64,000 nucleotides of DNA from a virus (IMGVR_UViG_3300032116_000013:133425-197424), one strand, 5' to 3'; shown: positions 39,327-49,076, counted from the first letter of the stretch. Numbers and translations: made by a program. The notes: generated by a model from the sequence alone, not told the origin.

Positions 39327-41348
39327 ATGGCATTTTTAGTTTCTCCAGGGGTGAATACTTCTGAAATCGACCTTACAACATCAATACCTGCGGTTGGTAC
39401 ATCAACTGGCGCAACAGTAGGATTTTTCCGTTGGGGTCCAGCAAACACTCCTATTCAAGTTTCTACTGAAAATAATCTAGTAGAGTATTTCTATAAGCCA
39501 GACGACGCTACTGCAGTGTCATTTTTGTCTGCTGCCAATTTTTTATCTTACGGAAATGATTTACGAGTAGTCAGAGTTGTCAATACAACCGCTGGTGCAG
39601 ATAGATCAAATAATGCGGTTGGTCCTGCAACAAGATCAGTTACACTATCGTTCAATGGCGTGGCAAACGTCTCAAGTAGTTCTGGTTTAGTGGAAGCAAA
39701 TACAACTGTTTTAACCAACTTAGGTCCAACAGTTAACGCTGGATATCATTTGTTGACTGCTGGAGATACAGTAACTGTAAATGGCGAGTCAAAAATTGTT
39801 CTTTCTGTATCTAGCGCAAACGTATTTACGGTAACAACAAACTTTACCAATAATGGTCAAGCAATTACTGTTGCTCCATCTAGTGTCACTAGAAATAATT
39901 TCTCATTGATTCTAAACGATGAGGATTATTTCAATAATCAATACTCTGCATCAAATGCAAATATTGCATGGGCAGCACGTTTTGCAGGTAAACTAGGAAA
40001 TTCTCTAAAAGTTTCTGTTTGTGCTAACACCGCAGCATTCTCAACTTGGCCATATGCTCAGTTCTTCGATGCTGCTCCAACAACCTCACCATATGCTCTT
40101 AACATTGCTAACCGCGAAGTTAAGGACGAATTGCATATGGTTGTTGTTGACAATACAGGCGAATTTAGTGGCGTAGCAAATACAGTTCTAGAAAGATTCT
40201 CAAATCTATCTAAGGCTTCAGATGCCAAGAGTGATGACGGATCTTCAATTTACTACAAGGAAGTAATTTTCCGCGAGTCGCGTTATGTTCACTGGATGGG
40301 TCATGCCGCTGGTGCTGGTGCTGCAAATGCTTGGGGTCAAACAATTGCTACTGCAAACGCAGCAGTTGTTTCTGGTGACGTTTTCCACTCGCCTTCTCAC
40401 AGCACAACAACCTACACACTAGGAAATGGCGCTGACGGAACTCCTGAAACTGCAGGAATTATTGATGCCGTAGATAAGTTTACAAACAAAGAAGCCTACG
40501 ATATCTCGTTGCTATTTGCTGGCGACTATGGTTTGAGTGCAAATGCCTCAATCAACCCGCACACTATTGCTAACAAGTATCTAGATGTTGCATATGGAAG
40601 AAAAGACTGCGTAGCGTTCATTTCGCCAACTTATGCAAACGCAGTTACATCAACAACTAAGTCTGATTCAGTAATTGCATTCCGTAACGGTCTATCTGGC
40701 GTATCCTCATACGGCGTAATGGACAGTGGTTGGAAGTATCAGTATGACAAATACAATGACGTCTATCGTTGGATTCCACTCAATGCTGATATCGCTGGTC
40801 TTTGCGTACGCACCGATCTCGAAAGAGACCCATGGTTCTCACCTGCAGGTCTAAATCGTGGTCAAATCCGTAATCTTGTCAAGTTGTCGTTCAACCCAAA
40901 TCAGGCTGAACGTGATTCTCTTTACAAGAAGGACGTAAATCCAGTTGTTTCATTCCCAGGAGAAGGAACTATTCTCTTCGGAGACAAGACTCTACAGGGT
41001 CGCCCAAGTGCATTTGATCGCATCAATGTACGTCGCTTGTTTATCGTTCTTGAAAAGGCAATTTCTAGAGCAGCACGCTCTAGCCTATTTGAGTTCAACG
41101 ATGAGTTTACAAGAGCACAGTTTGTTGCCCTTGTTGAGCCATTCTTGAGAGACGTACAGGGTCGTCGCGGTATCTATGACTTCCGTGTTGTTTGCGATGA
41201 AACAAACAATACTCCAGCAGTCATTGATCGCAACGAATTTGTTGGTGACATTTATATCAAGCCAGCAAGAAGCGTAAACTTTATTCAGTTGAACTTTGTG
41301 GCTGTTCGTGGTGGCGTTTCGTTTGATGAAATCGTTGGACGCTTCTAA
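39327..41348 (+). CDS. gp18: Tail sheath protein
   Basis: FLVSPGVNTSEIDLT, FRWGP, YDKYNDVYRWIPLNADIAGLC, PWFSPAG, AFDRINVRRLF, IKPARSVNFIQLNF. Confidence 0.97.
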   Translation: MAFLVSPGVNTSEIDLTTSIPAVGTSTGATVGFFRWGPANTPIQVSTENNLVEYFYKPDDATAVSFLSAANFLSYGNDLRVVRVVNTTAGADRSNNAVGPATRSVTLSFNGVANVSSSSGLVEANTTVLTNLGPTVNAGYHLLTAGDTVTVNGESKIVLSVSSANVFTVTTNFTNNGQAITVAPSSVTRNNFSLILNDEDYFNNQYSASNANIAWAARFAGKLGNSLKVSVCANTAAFSTWPYAQFFDAAPTTSPYALNIANREVKDELHMVVVDNTGEFSGVANTVLERFSNLSKASDAKSDDGSSIYYKEVIFRESRYVHWMGHAAGAGAANAWGQTIATANAAVVSGDVFHSPSHSTTTYTLGNGADGTPETAGIIDAVDKFTNKEAYDISLLFAGDYGLSANASINPHTIANKYLDVAYGRKDCVAFISPTYANAVTSTTKSDSVIAFRNGLSGVSSYGVMDSGWKYQYDKYNDVYRWIPLNADIAGLCVRTDLERDPWFSPAGLNRGQIRNLVKLSFNPNQAERDSLYKKDVNPVVSFPGEGTILFGDKTLQGRPSAFDRINVRRLFIVLEKAISRAARSSLFEFNDEFTRAQFVALVEPFLRDVQGRRGIYDFRVVCDETNNTPAVIDRNEFVGDIYIKPARSVNFIQLNFVAVRGGVSFDEIVGRF

Positions 41349-41354
41349 TAAATA
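41347..41354 (+). promoter_or_regulatory. T4-type late promoter candidate (AATAAATA)
   Basis: Between gp18 and gp19. Confidence 0.5.
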
Positions 41355-41380
41355 GACTAGAGTAAAGTCAGGAGAAAACA

Positions 41381-41926
41381 ATGGCTTTTAATGTATCTGA
41401 ATTTCGTTCTCAAATGCAGTTCGACGGAGCACGTGCGAATCTATTTGACGTGGAAATGAATTTCCCGTCTTTCGCGCTCCCTGCTAATGCATCAAAAAAG
41501 ATGCAATTTCAATGTAAGAGTGCTCAATTACCTGGAACAACAGTCAATGCTGTTCCAGTTCAATACTTTGGTCGTGAAGTTAAGTTTGCTGGTAACAGAA
41601 CATTCGCCGACTGGACAGTAAATATCATCAATGATGAAGATTTTTCTGTCCGTAATGCCTTCGAAAGATGGTTGAATGGCGTAAACTCTCACAGAACCAA
41701 CGTAAGAGCAGCCGCTGCAGGTGGTCCAACGTCCTATGGCGTTGATGCTATAGTAAAACACTACGGCAAAACTGGTAAGGTACTAAAATCTTACAAGTTC
41801 ATTGGGCTTTTCCCAGTTGATGTTTCTCCAATTGATCTAGATTGGGGCAATAACGATACTATAGAAGAATACACAGTGACATTTTCGTATCAGTGGTGGG
41901 AAGCAGTCGCCGAAGGCGTATTCTAA
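41381..41926 (+). CDS. gp19: Tail tube protein
   Basis: GARANLFDV, FQCKSAQLPG, YFGREVKFAGNRTFADWTVNIINDEDF, IEEYTVTFSYQWW. Confidence 0.97.
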   Translation: MAFNVSEFRSQMQFDGARANLFDVEMNFPSFALPANASKKMQFQCKSAQLPGTTVNAVPVQYFGREVKFAGNRTFADWTVNIINDEDFSVRNAFERWLNGVNSHRTNVRAAAAGGPTSYGVDAIVKHYGKTGKVLKSYKFIGLFPVDVSPIDLDWGNNDTIEEYTVTFSYQWWEAVAEGVF

Positions 41927-41959
41927 TTTATTATTACGTGAACAAAGGCTAGAAATATT

Positions 41960-43510
41960 ATGGCAATATCCTTATTCGGATTTGAAATCGGTCGCAAACA
42001 ACCTGAATTAACAAATATTCAGCCAGCAATCACTGCACCTACAAATGATGATGGTGCAATTTATGTGACATCTGGCGGATACTTCGGGACTTATCTAGAC
42101 CTTGAAGCAAGTTTCAAAAATGAGGCTGATCTAGTCACTCGCTATCGCGAAATGGCTATGCAGCCTGAATTGGAAACTGCGATTGATGATATTGTGAACG
42201 AAGCAATTGTACATGATGTGACAGGTAAATCTGTTTCAATTATTCTTGACGATTTAGAGCAACCAGATAACGTCAAAGAAATGATCCGTGAAGAATTTGA
42301 TAAGGTTCTAAAATTAATGGACTTTTCAAATTATGGATCTGATATTTTTAGAAACTGGTATATTGATGGTCGCATCTTCTATCAAGTTCTAATTGACGAA
42401 AAACAGCCAGGTTTAGGTATTCAAGAACTGGTTTATATTGATCCGAGAAAGATCAAGAAAGTCAGAGCAGTAGAAAAGAAAAAAGACCCAAGAACAGGAA
42501 TTGAAGTTGTGACTGGAACCAAAGAGTTCTATGTCTATAACGATAAATCCTCAACTCAAGGTCAGACTATCGTCACTTCTATTAGCGACTCGGCTGTTAA
42601 AATTGCGACCGACGCAATAGTAAACATCAACTCAGGTTTACTTGATCCAAAAAGAAATACTGTTTTGTCGTACCTACACAAAGCAATCAAGCCTTTGAAT
42701 CAATTGCGCATGGTTGAAGATGCCATCGTCATCTATCGTCTATCAAGAGCACCAGAACGTCGTGTGTTCTACATTGATGTTGGTAATCTACCAAAGTCTA
42801 AGGCTGATCAGTACCTTCGCGATATTATGACCAAATTTAGAAATAAAGTTGTTTATGATAGTTCTACAGGCGAAGTCAAAGACGATCGTAAATTTATGTC
42901 AATGATGGAAGACTTCTGGATTCCACGCCGTGGCGAAGGCAAGTCAACAGAAATTACAACCCTTCCTGCAGGCGAAAATCTTGGTGAACTTGCAGATGTT
43001 AATTATTTTGAACAAAAACTTTATAAGTCATTGAATGTTCCTGTAAGTCGTCTAATCCCACAAACTGGATTTACGCTAGGTCGTTCTACTGAAATTACAC
43101 GTGACGAACTTAAATTCAGCAAATTTATTCAAAAACTCAGATCAAGATTCAGCATTATGTTCGATGAACTAATGCAAAGACAATTGGCTCTCAGAGGAAT
43201 CTGTTCAATTGAAGAATGGCAAGAAATAAGAGAAAAGATTCATTATGACTTCTTGAAAGATAATAATTTCGATGAACTCAAAGAATCTGAAATGCTCATG
43301 ACAAGACTACAAACTATGCAATTAATTGATCCATACGTTGGCGTATATTTCTCCAAGGAATGGGTCAAGAAACATGTGCTTCGATTTGATGAAGAAGGCA
43401 TCAAGAGAATGCAAGGTGAATTGGACGTAGAATCAGAAGAAAATGCAGAGCAGTTAGCGATGGCTCCACAACCAACTGACCAATCAATACCAACTACTCC
43501 GCAAGCGTAA
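41960..43510 (+). CDS. gp20: Portal protein
   Basis: LVTRYREMA.QPE, WYIDGRIFY, SYLHKAIKPLNQLRMVEDAIVIYRLSRAPERRVFYIDVGNLPK, MMEDFWIPRRGEGKSTEITTLP. Confidence 0.98.
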   Translation: MAISLFGFEIGRKQPELTNIQPAITAPTNDDGAIYVTSGGYFGTYLDLEASFKNEADLVTRYREMAMQPELETAIDDIVNEAIVHDVTGKSVSIILDDLEQPDNVKEMIREEFDKVLKLMDFSNYGSDIFRNWYIDGRIFYQVLIDEKQPGLGIQELVYIDPRKIKKVRAVEKKKDPRTGIEVVTGTKEFYVYNDKSSTQGQTIVTSISDSAVKIATDAIVNINSGLLDPKRNTVLSYLHKAIKPLNQLRMVEDAIVIYRLSRAPERRVFYIDVGNLPKSKADQYLRDIMTKFRNKVVYDSSTGEVKDDRKFMSMMEDFWIPRRGEGKSTEITTLPAGENLGELADVNYFEQKLYKSLNVPVSRLIPQTGFTLGRSTEITRDELKFSKFIQKLRSRFSIMFDELMQRQLALRGICSIEEWQEIREKIHYDFLKDNNFDELKESEMLMTRLQTMQLIDPYVGVYFSKEWVKKHVLRFDEEGIKRMQGELDVESEENAEQLAMAPQPTDQSIPTTPQA

Positions 43511-43513
43511 AAA

Positions 43514-43521
43514 ACTAAATA
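43514..43521 (+). promoter_or_regulatory. T4-type late promoter candidate (ACTAAATA)
   Basis: Intergenic between gp20 and the gp67-like gene. Confidence 0.5.
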
Positions 43522-43549
43522 ACAAATAACCTTTTTAGAGGATTTACTA

Positions 43550-44101
43550 ATGGAAAAGCCACTATCAGAAGAAATCGTAGATTCAATCCTAGACGGAAAC
43601 AAAGAGTCATTCATGGCAGCATTTCAGGCTGCAATTGCCGCAAAGGTGACTGATGCTCTAGAAGTCAAAAAGGTTGAAATCGCTTCAACTCTCATCACTC
43701 CAGAAGTTGCTGTCGAGGAAGAAGTTGACCTTGACGAGTCAAAGGGTAAAATGGATGACGAAGATGAAGAGGAAGATGAAGATAGTGAAGATAGTGAAAA
43801 TATGAAAGAAGAAGCCGAGCAGATTGATGAAATATCAACAAATTTAATTAAAAAATCGCGAATGATAGCAAGGAAAAAAGCAGCGGATGCTGATGAACAG
43901 GGGAAAGATGTTGAGTGGAAAATTCATGCAGCGCAAGCAGGAAGATTCCAAAAGGCACTAGACAAACGTGACATACAAGCACAACTTAGCAGAGTATCTG
44001 GAGCAAAAGCACGCAATTTTGTTGCACAGAACCCAGGTATCCTAGCCAAAGAAGAAGTCGAGCAGGTTGATGAAGCAAAGTTTTCTAAAAAAAAACAGTA
44101 A
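43550..44101 (+). CDS. gp67: Prohead core protein, gp67-like, extended
   Basis: Position after gp20; EIVDSILDGNKESF..AFQAAIAAKVTDALEVKKVEIA N-terminus; acidic tract. Confidence 0.65.
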   Translation: MEKPLSEEIVDSILDGNKESFMAAFQAAIAAKVTDALEVKKVEIASTLITPEVAVEEEVDLDESKGKMDDEDEEEDEDSEDSENMKEEAEQIDEISTNLIKKSRMIARKKAADADEQGKDVEWKIHAAQAGRFQKALDKRDIQAQLSRVSGAKARNFVAQNPGILAKEEVEQVDEAKFSKKKQ

Positions 44102-44247
44102 TGGCTCATACAATCGGTAAAGAGTTTAAGAAAAAGGGCGTTGGTGACGCATCAAAGGGCGGTCCTTTCGCAGTAGCAACTGCTATGGTTCGCGATCGTC
44201 CATCTGCTGCAAAGAAAGCATATAGAACAATTTTAGCGAAAAAGTAA
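44101..44247 (+). CDS. 48-aa basic ORF, not in the ORF track (stand-alone gene or slippage extension of gp67-like)
   Basis: Hand translation gives MAHTIGKEFKKKGVGDASKGGPFAVATAMVRDRPSAAKKAYRTILAKK*. It fills the gap exactly, with a TAATG overlap. Confidence 0.6.
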   Translation: MAHTIGKEFKKKGVGDASKGGPFAVATAMVRDRPSAAKKAYRTILAKK

Positions 44248-44250
44248 TTG

Positions 44251-45090
44251 ATGAGATTTCAAGACTTTAGACAAAATTTGGTTGAAGCAGCGAAGGTGAA
44301 AACCCCTTCGTCTGCTCAGTCACAGTCTAATGATTTTGCAAATAAAGTTCGAACTGCTAAGAATGTGTTGGGATTAAAAAACCTAAATGTTGCTGCTGTT
44401 GTTGCAGCCAATAATATTGCGAATAAATTTGCCAAATTACCATACAATCAGTTATTAAACAGACTACCTTTATCATTAAGACAACATTATGTTGACTTTC
44501 AGTCTGCTGTTCCATCTGATATTATGAATGCGCCTACTGCAATGTATGCTGGTGCATTACAAAAGTTAAAAACATCTAGACCTAAACCAATGAAAGAGAG
44601 TTGTGAATTAGAAGAAGACTCTGATGATCTATTAGTTGAAACTATAGATCCTCCTATGATGTTAATTCTAAAACGTAAAGGTGTTCGCCTTTTCCCTGAT
44701 GGAAAAAGAGCAGCATTATATGTTAACGATAAAACTGGTTTAACATTTATGCTTCCATATGATGCTAATGGTTTGGTTCAATCTATCTCAGGCGTTCAAG
44801 AAGAAATTGAGTTGGTGAGCCTAGAAGAAGCCAGTAATGTGCAAAAAATGGGAAGAACAAAAATTGTTCGCGCCAGAGTTCGTGGCGGCAAAGTACAGCG
44901 TCGCAAAAAAGTTTCTGCAGTAAAGGGTTATACAATTCGTGGTGGTAAGTTGACACGTATGCCTTCGTCTGAAAGAATCAAAAGAAAAATTTCTCAGCGT
45001 AAAGCAAAAATTAAGAGAAAGGCGAAAGCAGCAAGAGCATTGATCAAGCGCAAAAGATCTCTAAGAAAACGAAAAGCATTGGGGTTATAA
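44251..45090 (+). CDS. gp68: Prohead core protein with C-terminal gp68-like basic domain
   Basis: C-terminal KIVRARVRGGKVQRRKKVSAVKGY...ERIKRKISQRKAKIKRK..RSLRKRKALGL; immediately upstream of gp21. Confidence 0.7.
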   Translation: MRFQDFRQNLVEAAKVKTPSSAQSQSNDFANKVRTAKNVLGLKNLNVAAVVAANNIANKFAKLPYNQLLNRLPLSLRQHYVDFQSAVPSDIMNAPTAMYAGALQKLKTSRPKPMKESCELEEDSDDLLVETIDPPMMLILKRKGVRLFPDGKRAALYVNDKTGLTFMLPYDANGLVQSISGVQEEIELVSLEEASNVQKMGRTKIVRARVRGGKVQRRKKVSAVKGYTIRGGKLTRMPSSERIKRKISQRKAKIKRKAKAARALIKRKRSLRKRKALGL

Positions 45091-45092
45091 CC

Positions 45093-45737
45093 ATGAAACT
45101 GATTACTGAAACAGTCGAAGAAGTTAAAGTCATTACCGAAGAAAAGAACGGTGTAAAGACTCTATACATTCAAGGTCCATTCCTTGTTGCTGAAAAAGCA
45201 AACAAAAATAGACGTATGTATAAGGAAGAAACTCTTGCGAAAGAAGTAAATCGCTACAACGAAGAATACGTTACTAAGAACCGCGCATTCGGTGAACTCG
45301 GTCATCCAGATTCACCATCAATTAATCTAGATCGCGTTTCTCATCTCATTACCAGTCTAAAGCAGGAAGGTTCTGTATGGATTGGTAAAGCAAAAATTCT
45401 TGAAACACCAATGGGTAAAATCGCCAAGTCCTTAATGGAAGGCGGTGCAACTCTTGGCGTATCATCACGCGGCATGGGTTCACTTAAAGAAGTGAACGGT
45501 GTTAACGTGGTTCAAGATGATTATTATCTAGCCACAGCGGCTGATATTGTAGCGGATCCATCCGCACCAGGGGCTTTCGTTCAAGGCATTATGGAAGGCA
45601 AAGAGTGGGTTTGGGACAACGGTGTTGTCAAAGAGTTTGATGTCAATGCTTACTATAATCAAATCAAGGGCGCAAAGCAAAAACAAATCGATGAGATTTC
45701 TCTAAAGATCTTTGAGAACTTCTTGTCAAAATTATAA
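45093..45737 (+). CDS. gp21: Prohead protease
   Basis: MKLITE, LYIQGPFL, NKNRRMY, AFGELGHP, INLDRVSH, LGVSSRGMGS, DIVADPSAPGAFVQGIMEGKEWVW. Confidence 0.98.
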   Translation: MKLITETVEEVKVITEEKNGVKTLYIQGPFLVAEKANKNRRMYKEETLAKEVNRYNEEYVTKNRAFGELGHPDSPSINLDRVSHLITSLKQEGSVWIGKAKILETPMGKIAKSLMEGGATLGVSSRGMGSLKEVNGVNVVQDDYYLATAADIVADPSAPGAFVQGIMEGKEWVWDNGVVKEFDVNAYYNQIKGAKQKQIDEISLKIFENFLSKL

Positions 45738-45741
45738 AATT

Positions 45742-45749
45742 TATAAATA
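45742..45749 (+). promoter_or_regulatory. T4 late promoter (TATAAATA)
   Basis: Exact gp55 consensus upstream of gp22, as in T4. Confidence 0.75.
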
Positions 45750-45774
45750 ATATTACCTCTTCAGGAGTATAAAA

Positions 45775-46971
45775 ATGAGCAAAACATTATCAGAATCCGC
45801 TGCAGAAATTCTAAAGGCATCAATGAATGCAGGCAAGGAACCAATGCAGTCACTCAATGCACCAATGGTAGATCTTGGTGGAGCAACGCCACAAGACGAC
45901 TACTCAGGTGGTCCAGGACACGGCGAAAAAGACTTTGACTCCAGTGTTGGTGTTAAAGCAGCCGCTTCAGCGCAAATGGCACCAAAACCAGGAATGCCAG
46001 GCGCTCCAGCAGAACCATCAAAGGGTGCTGCTGAAGAAGAAACCGATGCAGTTGCTGATGCAGAACAGCCAATTGATGGTGCAGATAAAGCACTTGCTGC
46101 TAAGAAAATCCTCAAGCCAGGCGAAAAGATTGGCGCGATGAAAGAAGAAGCAGAAGAAGTTGAAGAAATTTCTGAAGAAGATCTTGCTGAAGCCAAGAAA
46201 GCCCATATGAAAGGTATGGTTGCTAAGTACAAGGGTTCTATGAAAGAAGACGTAGATGCGCTATTCAATGGCGAATCACTTTCTGAAGATTTCCGCGTTA
46301 AGGCAACTCTAATTTTCGAAGCCGCTGTATCTTCACGCGTCGAAAAGATTGTTGAAGAAGTTCTAGCAGAAAACGACGAACTTCTTGCTCAGACAGTCGA
46401 AGAAATCAAGTCTGAACTCTCAGAACAAGTTGATGAGTATCTCAACTATGTTGTTGAAGAGTGGGTAAACGAGAATCAAGTTGCTATTGAGACAGGTCTA
46501 CGTGCTGAACTCGCTGAAGACTTTATCAATGGTCTAAAGAATCTATTCACAGAACACTATATCGAAATTCCTGAAGAGAAGGTCGACCTAACGGAAGAAC
46601 TTGCTCAGAAGGTTGCTGAACTAGAAGAAAACCTAGTTGCTATTGCTGAAGAAAAGCAAGCAATCGCTAAGGAACTAAATCTAGGTAAGAAAGATAAACT
46701 AATTTCACTTGCATGCGAAGGTCTAACAGCTGTTCAAGCAGGCAAATTGAAGTCGCTCGCAGAGGGCGTGGAGTTCACCACAGAGGGTGATTTTGAGCAT
46801 AAACTCGCAGTAATTCGCGAGAACTACTTCCCAAGTAAAGTAAGCGTGACTAGTGAGGTAAAGGAAATTCAGAAGGTGGAAACACTATCTGAAGATTCAG
46901 AAGTAGAAACAGTTAACGGTATTATGGCACATTATGTAAAGGCAATTTCCAAAACGGCTCCAAAAGCCTAA
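45775..46971 (+). CDS. gp22: Prohead core scaffold protein
   Basis: Acidic; EDVDALFNGESLSEDF..KATLIFEAAV, VDEYLNYVVEEW, FINGLKNLFTEHYIEIPEEKVD, KLAVIRENYF. Confidence 0.95.
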   Translation: MSKTLSESAAEILKASMNAGKEPMQSLNAPMVDLGGATPQDDYSGGPGHGEKDFDSSVGVKAAASAQMAPKPGMPGAPAEPSKGAAEEETDAVADAEQPIDGADKALAAKKILKPGEKIGAMKEEAEEVEEISEEDLAEAKKAHMKGMVAKYKGSMKEDVDALFNGESLSEDFRVKATLIFEAAVSSRVEKIVEEVLAENDELLAQTVEEIKSELSEQVDEYLNYVVEEWVNENQVAIETGLRAELAEDFINGLKNLFTEHYIEIPEEKVDLTEELAQKVAELEENLVAIAEEKQAIAKELNLGKKDKLISLACEGLTAVQAGKLKSLAEGVEFTTEGDFEHKLAVIRENYFPSKVSVTSEVKEIQKVETLSEDSEVETVNGIMAHYVKAISKTAPKA

Positions 46972-46992
46972 TTTAAACTGAGGTATCACTAA

Positions 46993-48312
46993 ATGTATCT
47001 AAATGAAGCATATACAAAGAAGTGGGCACCAGTTCTTGATCATCCAGAACTCCCAGCAATTGGTGACCAGTACAAGCGTGCTGTCACAGCCCTAGTTCTA
47101 GAAAATCAAGAGCGTGCTCTAGCAGAAGAAGCCCGTTCAATGCAAAATCTATGGGAAGCCCCACAGCCTTCCATGGGTTCAGGCGTCAACGGTCTTGCAT
47201 CAGCATCGGGCGCAGCAGTTGCTGGCTTCGATCCAATCCTAATCGGACTTGTACGTCGTGCACTTCCAAACCTAATGGCTTATGACATCTGCGGCGTTCA
47301 GCCAATGACAGGTCCAACAGGTTTGATCTTCGCAATGCGTTCAGTCTATGCTAACGCAACAGCATCTGTCGGTGAGGCTCTTTACAACGAAGCAAACACC
47401 GTATTTGCTGGCACAAACGGCAATGGTACAGTTGCAAACGCAATCGTATCACTAAGCCAGAACGTTGCTGCAATGACTCTTGCAAACACAGGTACTGGCG
47501 TAACAACCGCTGCCGCAGAAGATCTAACCATGAACTACATGGGCTTCCAGATCGATCGCGTTGCTGTAACAGCAAGAACACGCGGTCTACAAGCAGCCTA
47601 CACGCTAGAACTTGCACAAGATCTAAAGGCAATTCACGGTCTAGACGCAGAAACAGAATTGACAAACATCTTGTCAACTGAAATTCTTGCTGAAATCAAC
47701 CGCGAAGTTGTCCGTACAGTCTATGCAACTGCTAACGTAGGTATCACTGGTCTTGCAACAGCAGCCTTCAACCTATCTGCAGCAGCAGACACAAGCGGTC
47801 GTTGGCAGGTTGAAAAGTACAAGAGCCTATTGTTCGCAATCGAGCGCGCAAGCAACAAGATTGCCAAGGACACTCGTCGCGGCAAGGGCAACATGGTCAT
47901 CGTCTCAACCGACGTTGCATCAGCCCTAGCAATGACTGGTCTACTTGACTACAACTCAGCACTAAGCAACAACACCAATCTAGCAGTTGACGATACAGGC
48001 AACACATTCGCTGGTACACTCTTCGGACGTATCAAGGTCTATGTTGATCCATATTCTGTAACTGGTTCAGACTATGTTGTAGTTGGTTATAAGGGTACAA
48101 CTCCTTATGACGCTGGTTTGTTCTATTGCCCATACGTTCCTCTACAGATGGTACGTGCTATCGACCCAACAACTTACCAGCCAAAGGTTGGATTCAAGAC
48201 ACGTTATGGTCTCGTAGCAAATCCATTTGCAACACCAGCAGGAAACGGCAACCTAGTAACAGATTCAAATCTATACTACCGCAAGTTCCAAGTTCTAAAC
48301 ATCAACCAATAA
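46993..48312 (+). CDS. gp23: Major capsid protein
   Basis: KKWAPVLDH, FDPILIGLVRRALPNLMAYDICGVQPMTGPTGLIFAMR, ELAQDLKAIHGLDAETEL.NILSTEILAEINREV, YCPYVPLQM, GFKTRYG. Confidence 0.99.
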   Translation: MYLNEAYTKKWAPVLDHPELPAIGDQYKRAVTALVLENQERALAEEARSMQNLWEAPQPSMGSGVNGLASASGAAVAGFDPILIGLVRRALPNLMAYDICGVQPMTGPTGLIFAMRSVYANATASVGEALYNEANTVFAGTNGNGTVANAIVSLSQNVAAMTLANTGTGVTTAAAEDLTMNYMGFQIDRVAVTARTRGLQAAYTLELAQDLKAIHGLDAETELTNILSTEILAEINREVVRTVYATANVGITGLATAAFNLSAAADTSGRWQVEKYKSLLFAIERASNKIAKDTRRGKGNMVIVSTDVASALAMTGLLDYNSALSNNTNLAVDDTGNTFAGTLFGRIKVYVDPYSVTGSDYVVVGYKGTTPYDAGLFYCPYVPLQMVRAIDPTTYQPKVGFKTRYGLVANPFATPAGNGNLVTDSNLYYRKFQVLNINQ

Positions 48313-48366
48313 TTGATGTGAAAACTTTTTGCCAACTTACTAAAAATAATAAGGCAAAGCAACTAG

Positions 48367-48395
48367 AGGGGGAGTGGAAACACTCCCCCTTTTTT
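48367..48395 (+). terminator. Rho-independent terminator after gp23
   Basis: Perfect 10-bp stem AGGGGGAGTG-GAAA-CACTCCCCCT followed by a T run. Confidence 0.9.
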
Positions 48396-48400
48396 ATTGG

Positions 48401-48408
48401 AATAAATA
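48401..48408 (+). promoter_or_regulatory. T4-type late promoter candidate (AATAAATA)
   Basis: Immediately after the gp23 terminator, upstream of the gp3-like gene. Confidence 0.55.
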
Positions 48409-48439
48409 GTTGTAGCCCACAAACTAACGGATTAAATTC

Positions 48440-48985
48440 ATGTCAGTTTTAAATAGAAATCCTGCAAACACAGATCTACTCCAAAGTACAAAATTTAGAG
48501 TAACATTTGACAGATTGCCAGGAATCACTTATTTTTGTCAGAGTGCAAACCTTCCAGGTATTTCTTTGACAGAAATTCCTATGCCAACGCCATTCGTAGA
48601 TTTGTATCTACCAGGCGAAAAGGCTGTATATGATACATTCAATATTACATTTCTAGTAGATGAAGATCTTCGTGCTTGGACAGAACTTCATGATTGGATT
48701 CGTGGAATCACATTCCCAACAGACTTTAAAGAATATGCAAACCTTGCTAAGTCATCAGTTGGTGCAAATATTCGCTCAAATTACCAAAAGAAACCAGCAC
48801 CGTATTCTCTTGGCATTCTAAGCATCTATACAAACAAAAATAATCCAAATTTCAGAGTGAAATTGGTGGATATGTTTCCAACTACAGTGGGTTCTCTATT
48901 GTTTAGCGCAAGCGACACTGCGGAGAATATTATCACTGCAGACGCTACGTTTAGATTTTCTTATTTTGAGTATGAAAGAGTATAA
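48440..48985 (+). CDS. gp3: Tail completion/tube terminator protein (gp3-like)
   Basis: NP.NTDLLQSTKFRVTFDRLP..TYFCQSANLPGISL, FLVDEDLRAW.ELHDW, DMFPT, ADATFRFSYFE (tube-family fold). Confidence 0.8.
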   Translation: MSVLNRNPANTDLLQSTKFRVTFDRLPGITYFCQSANLPGISLTEIPMPTPFVDLYLPGEKAVYDTFNITFLVDEDLRAWTELHDWIRGITFPTDFKEYANLAKSSVGANIRSNYQKKPAPYSLGILSIYTNKNNPNFRVKLVDMFPTTVGSLLFSASDTAENIITADATFRFSYFEYERV

Positions 48986-49025
48986 AGTATTCTTAAAGAT
49001 ACCCTTATCATCTACGACATAGTCT

Positions 49026-49053
49026 ATTATATGTGATTTGTCAAATATGTCAA
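49026..49053 (-). promoter_or_regulatory. sigma70 consensus promoter on the minus strand (antisense to the late operon)
   Basis: Reverse complement reads TTGACA-16 nt-TATAAT. Confidence 0.55.
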
Positions 49054-49076
49054 ACTATTGTAATCATTGTAAATAG

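Noticed and set aside
48313-48439. Absence of a gp24 vertex gene after gp23
   Set aside because: Normal for many non-enteric T4-like phages, so not remarkable.
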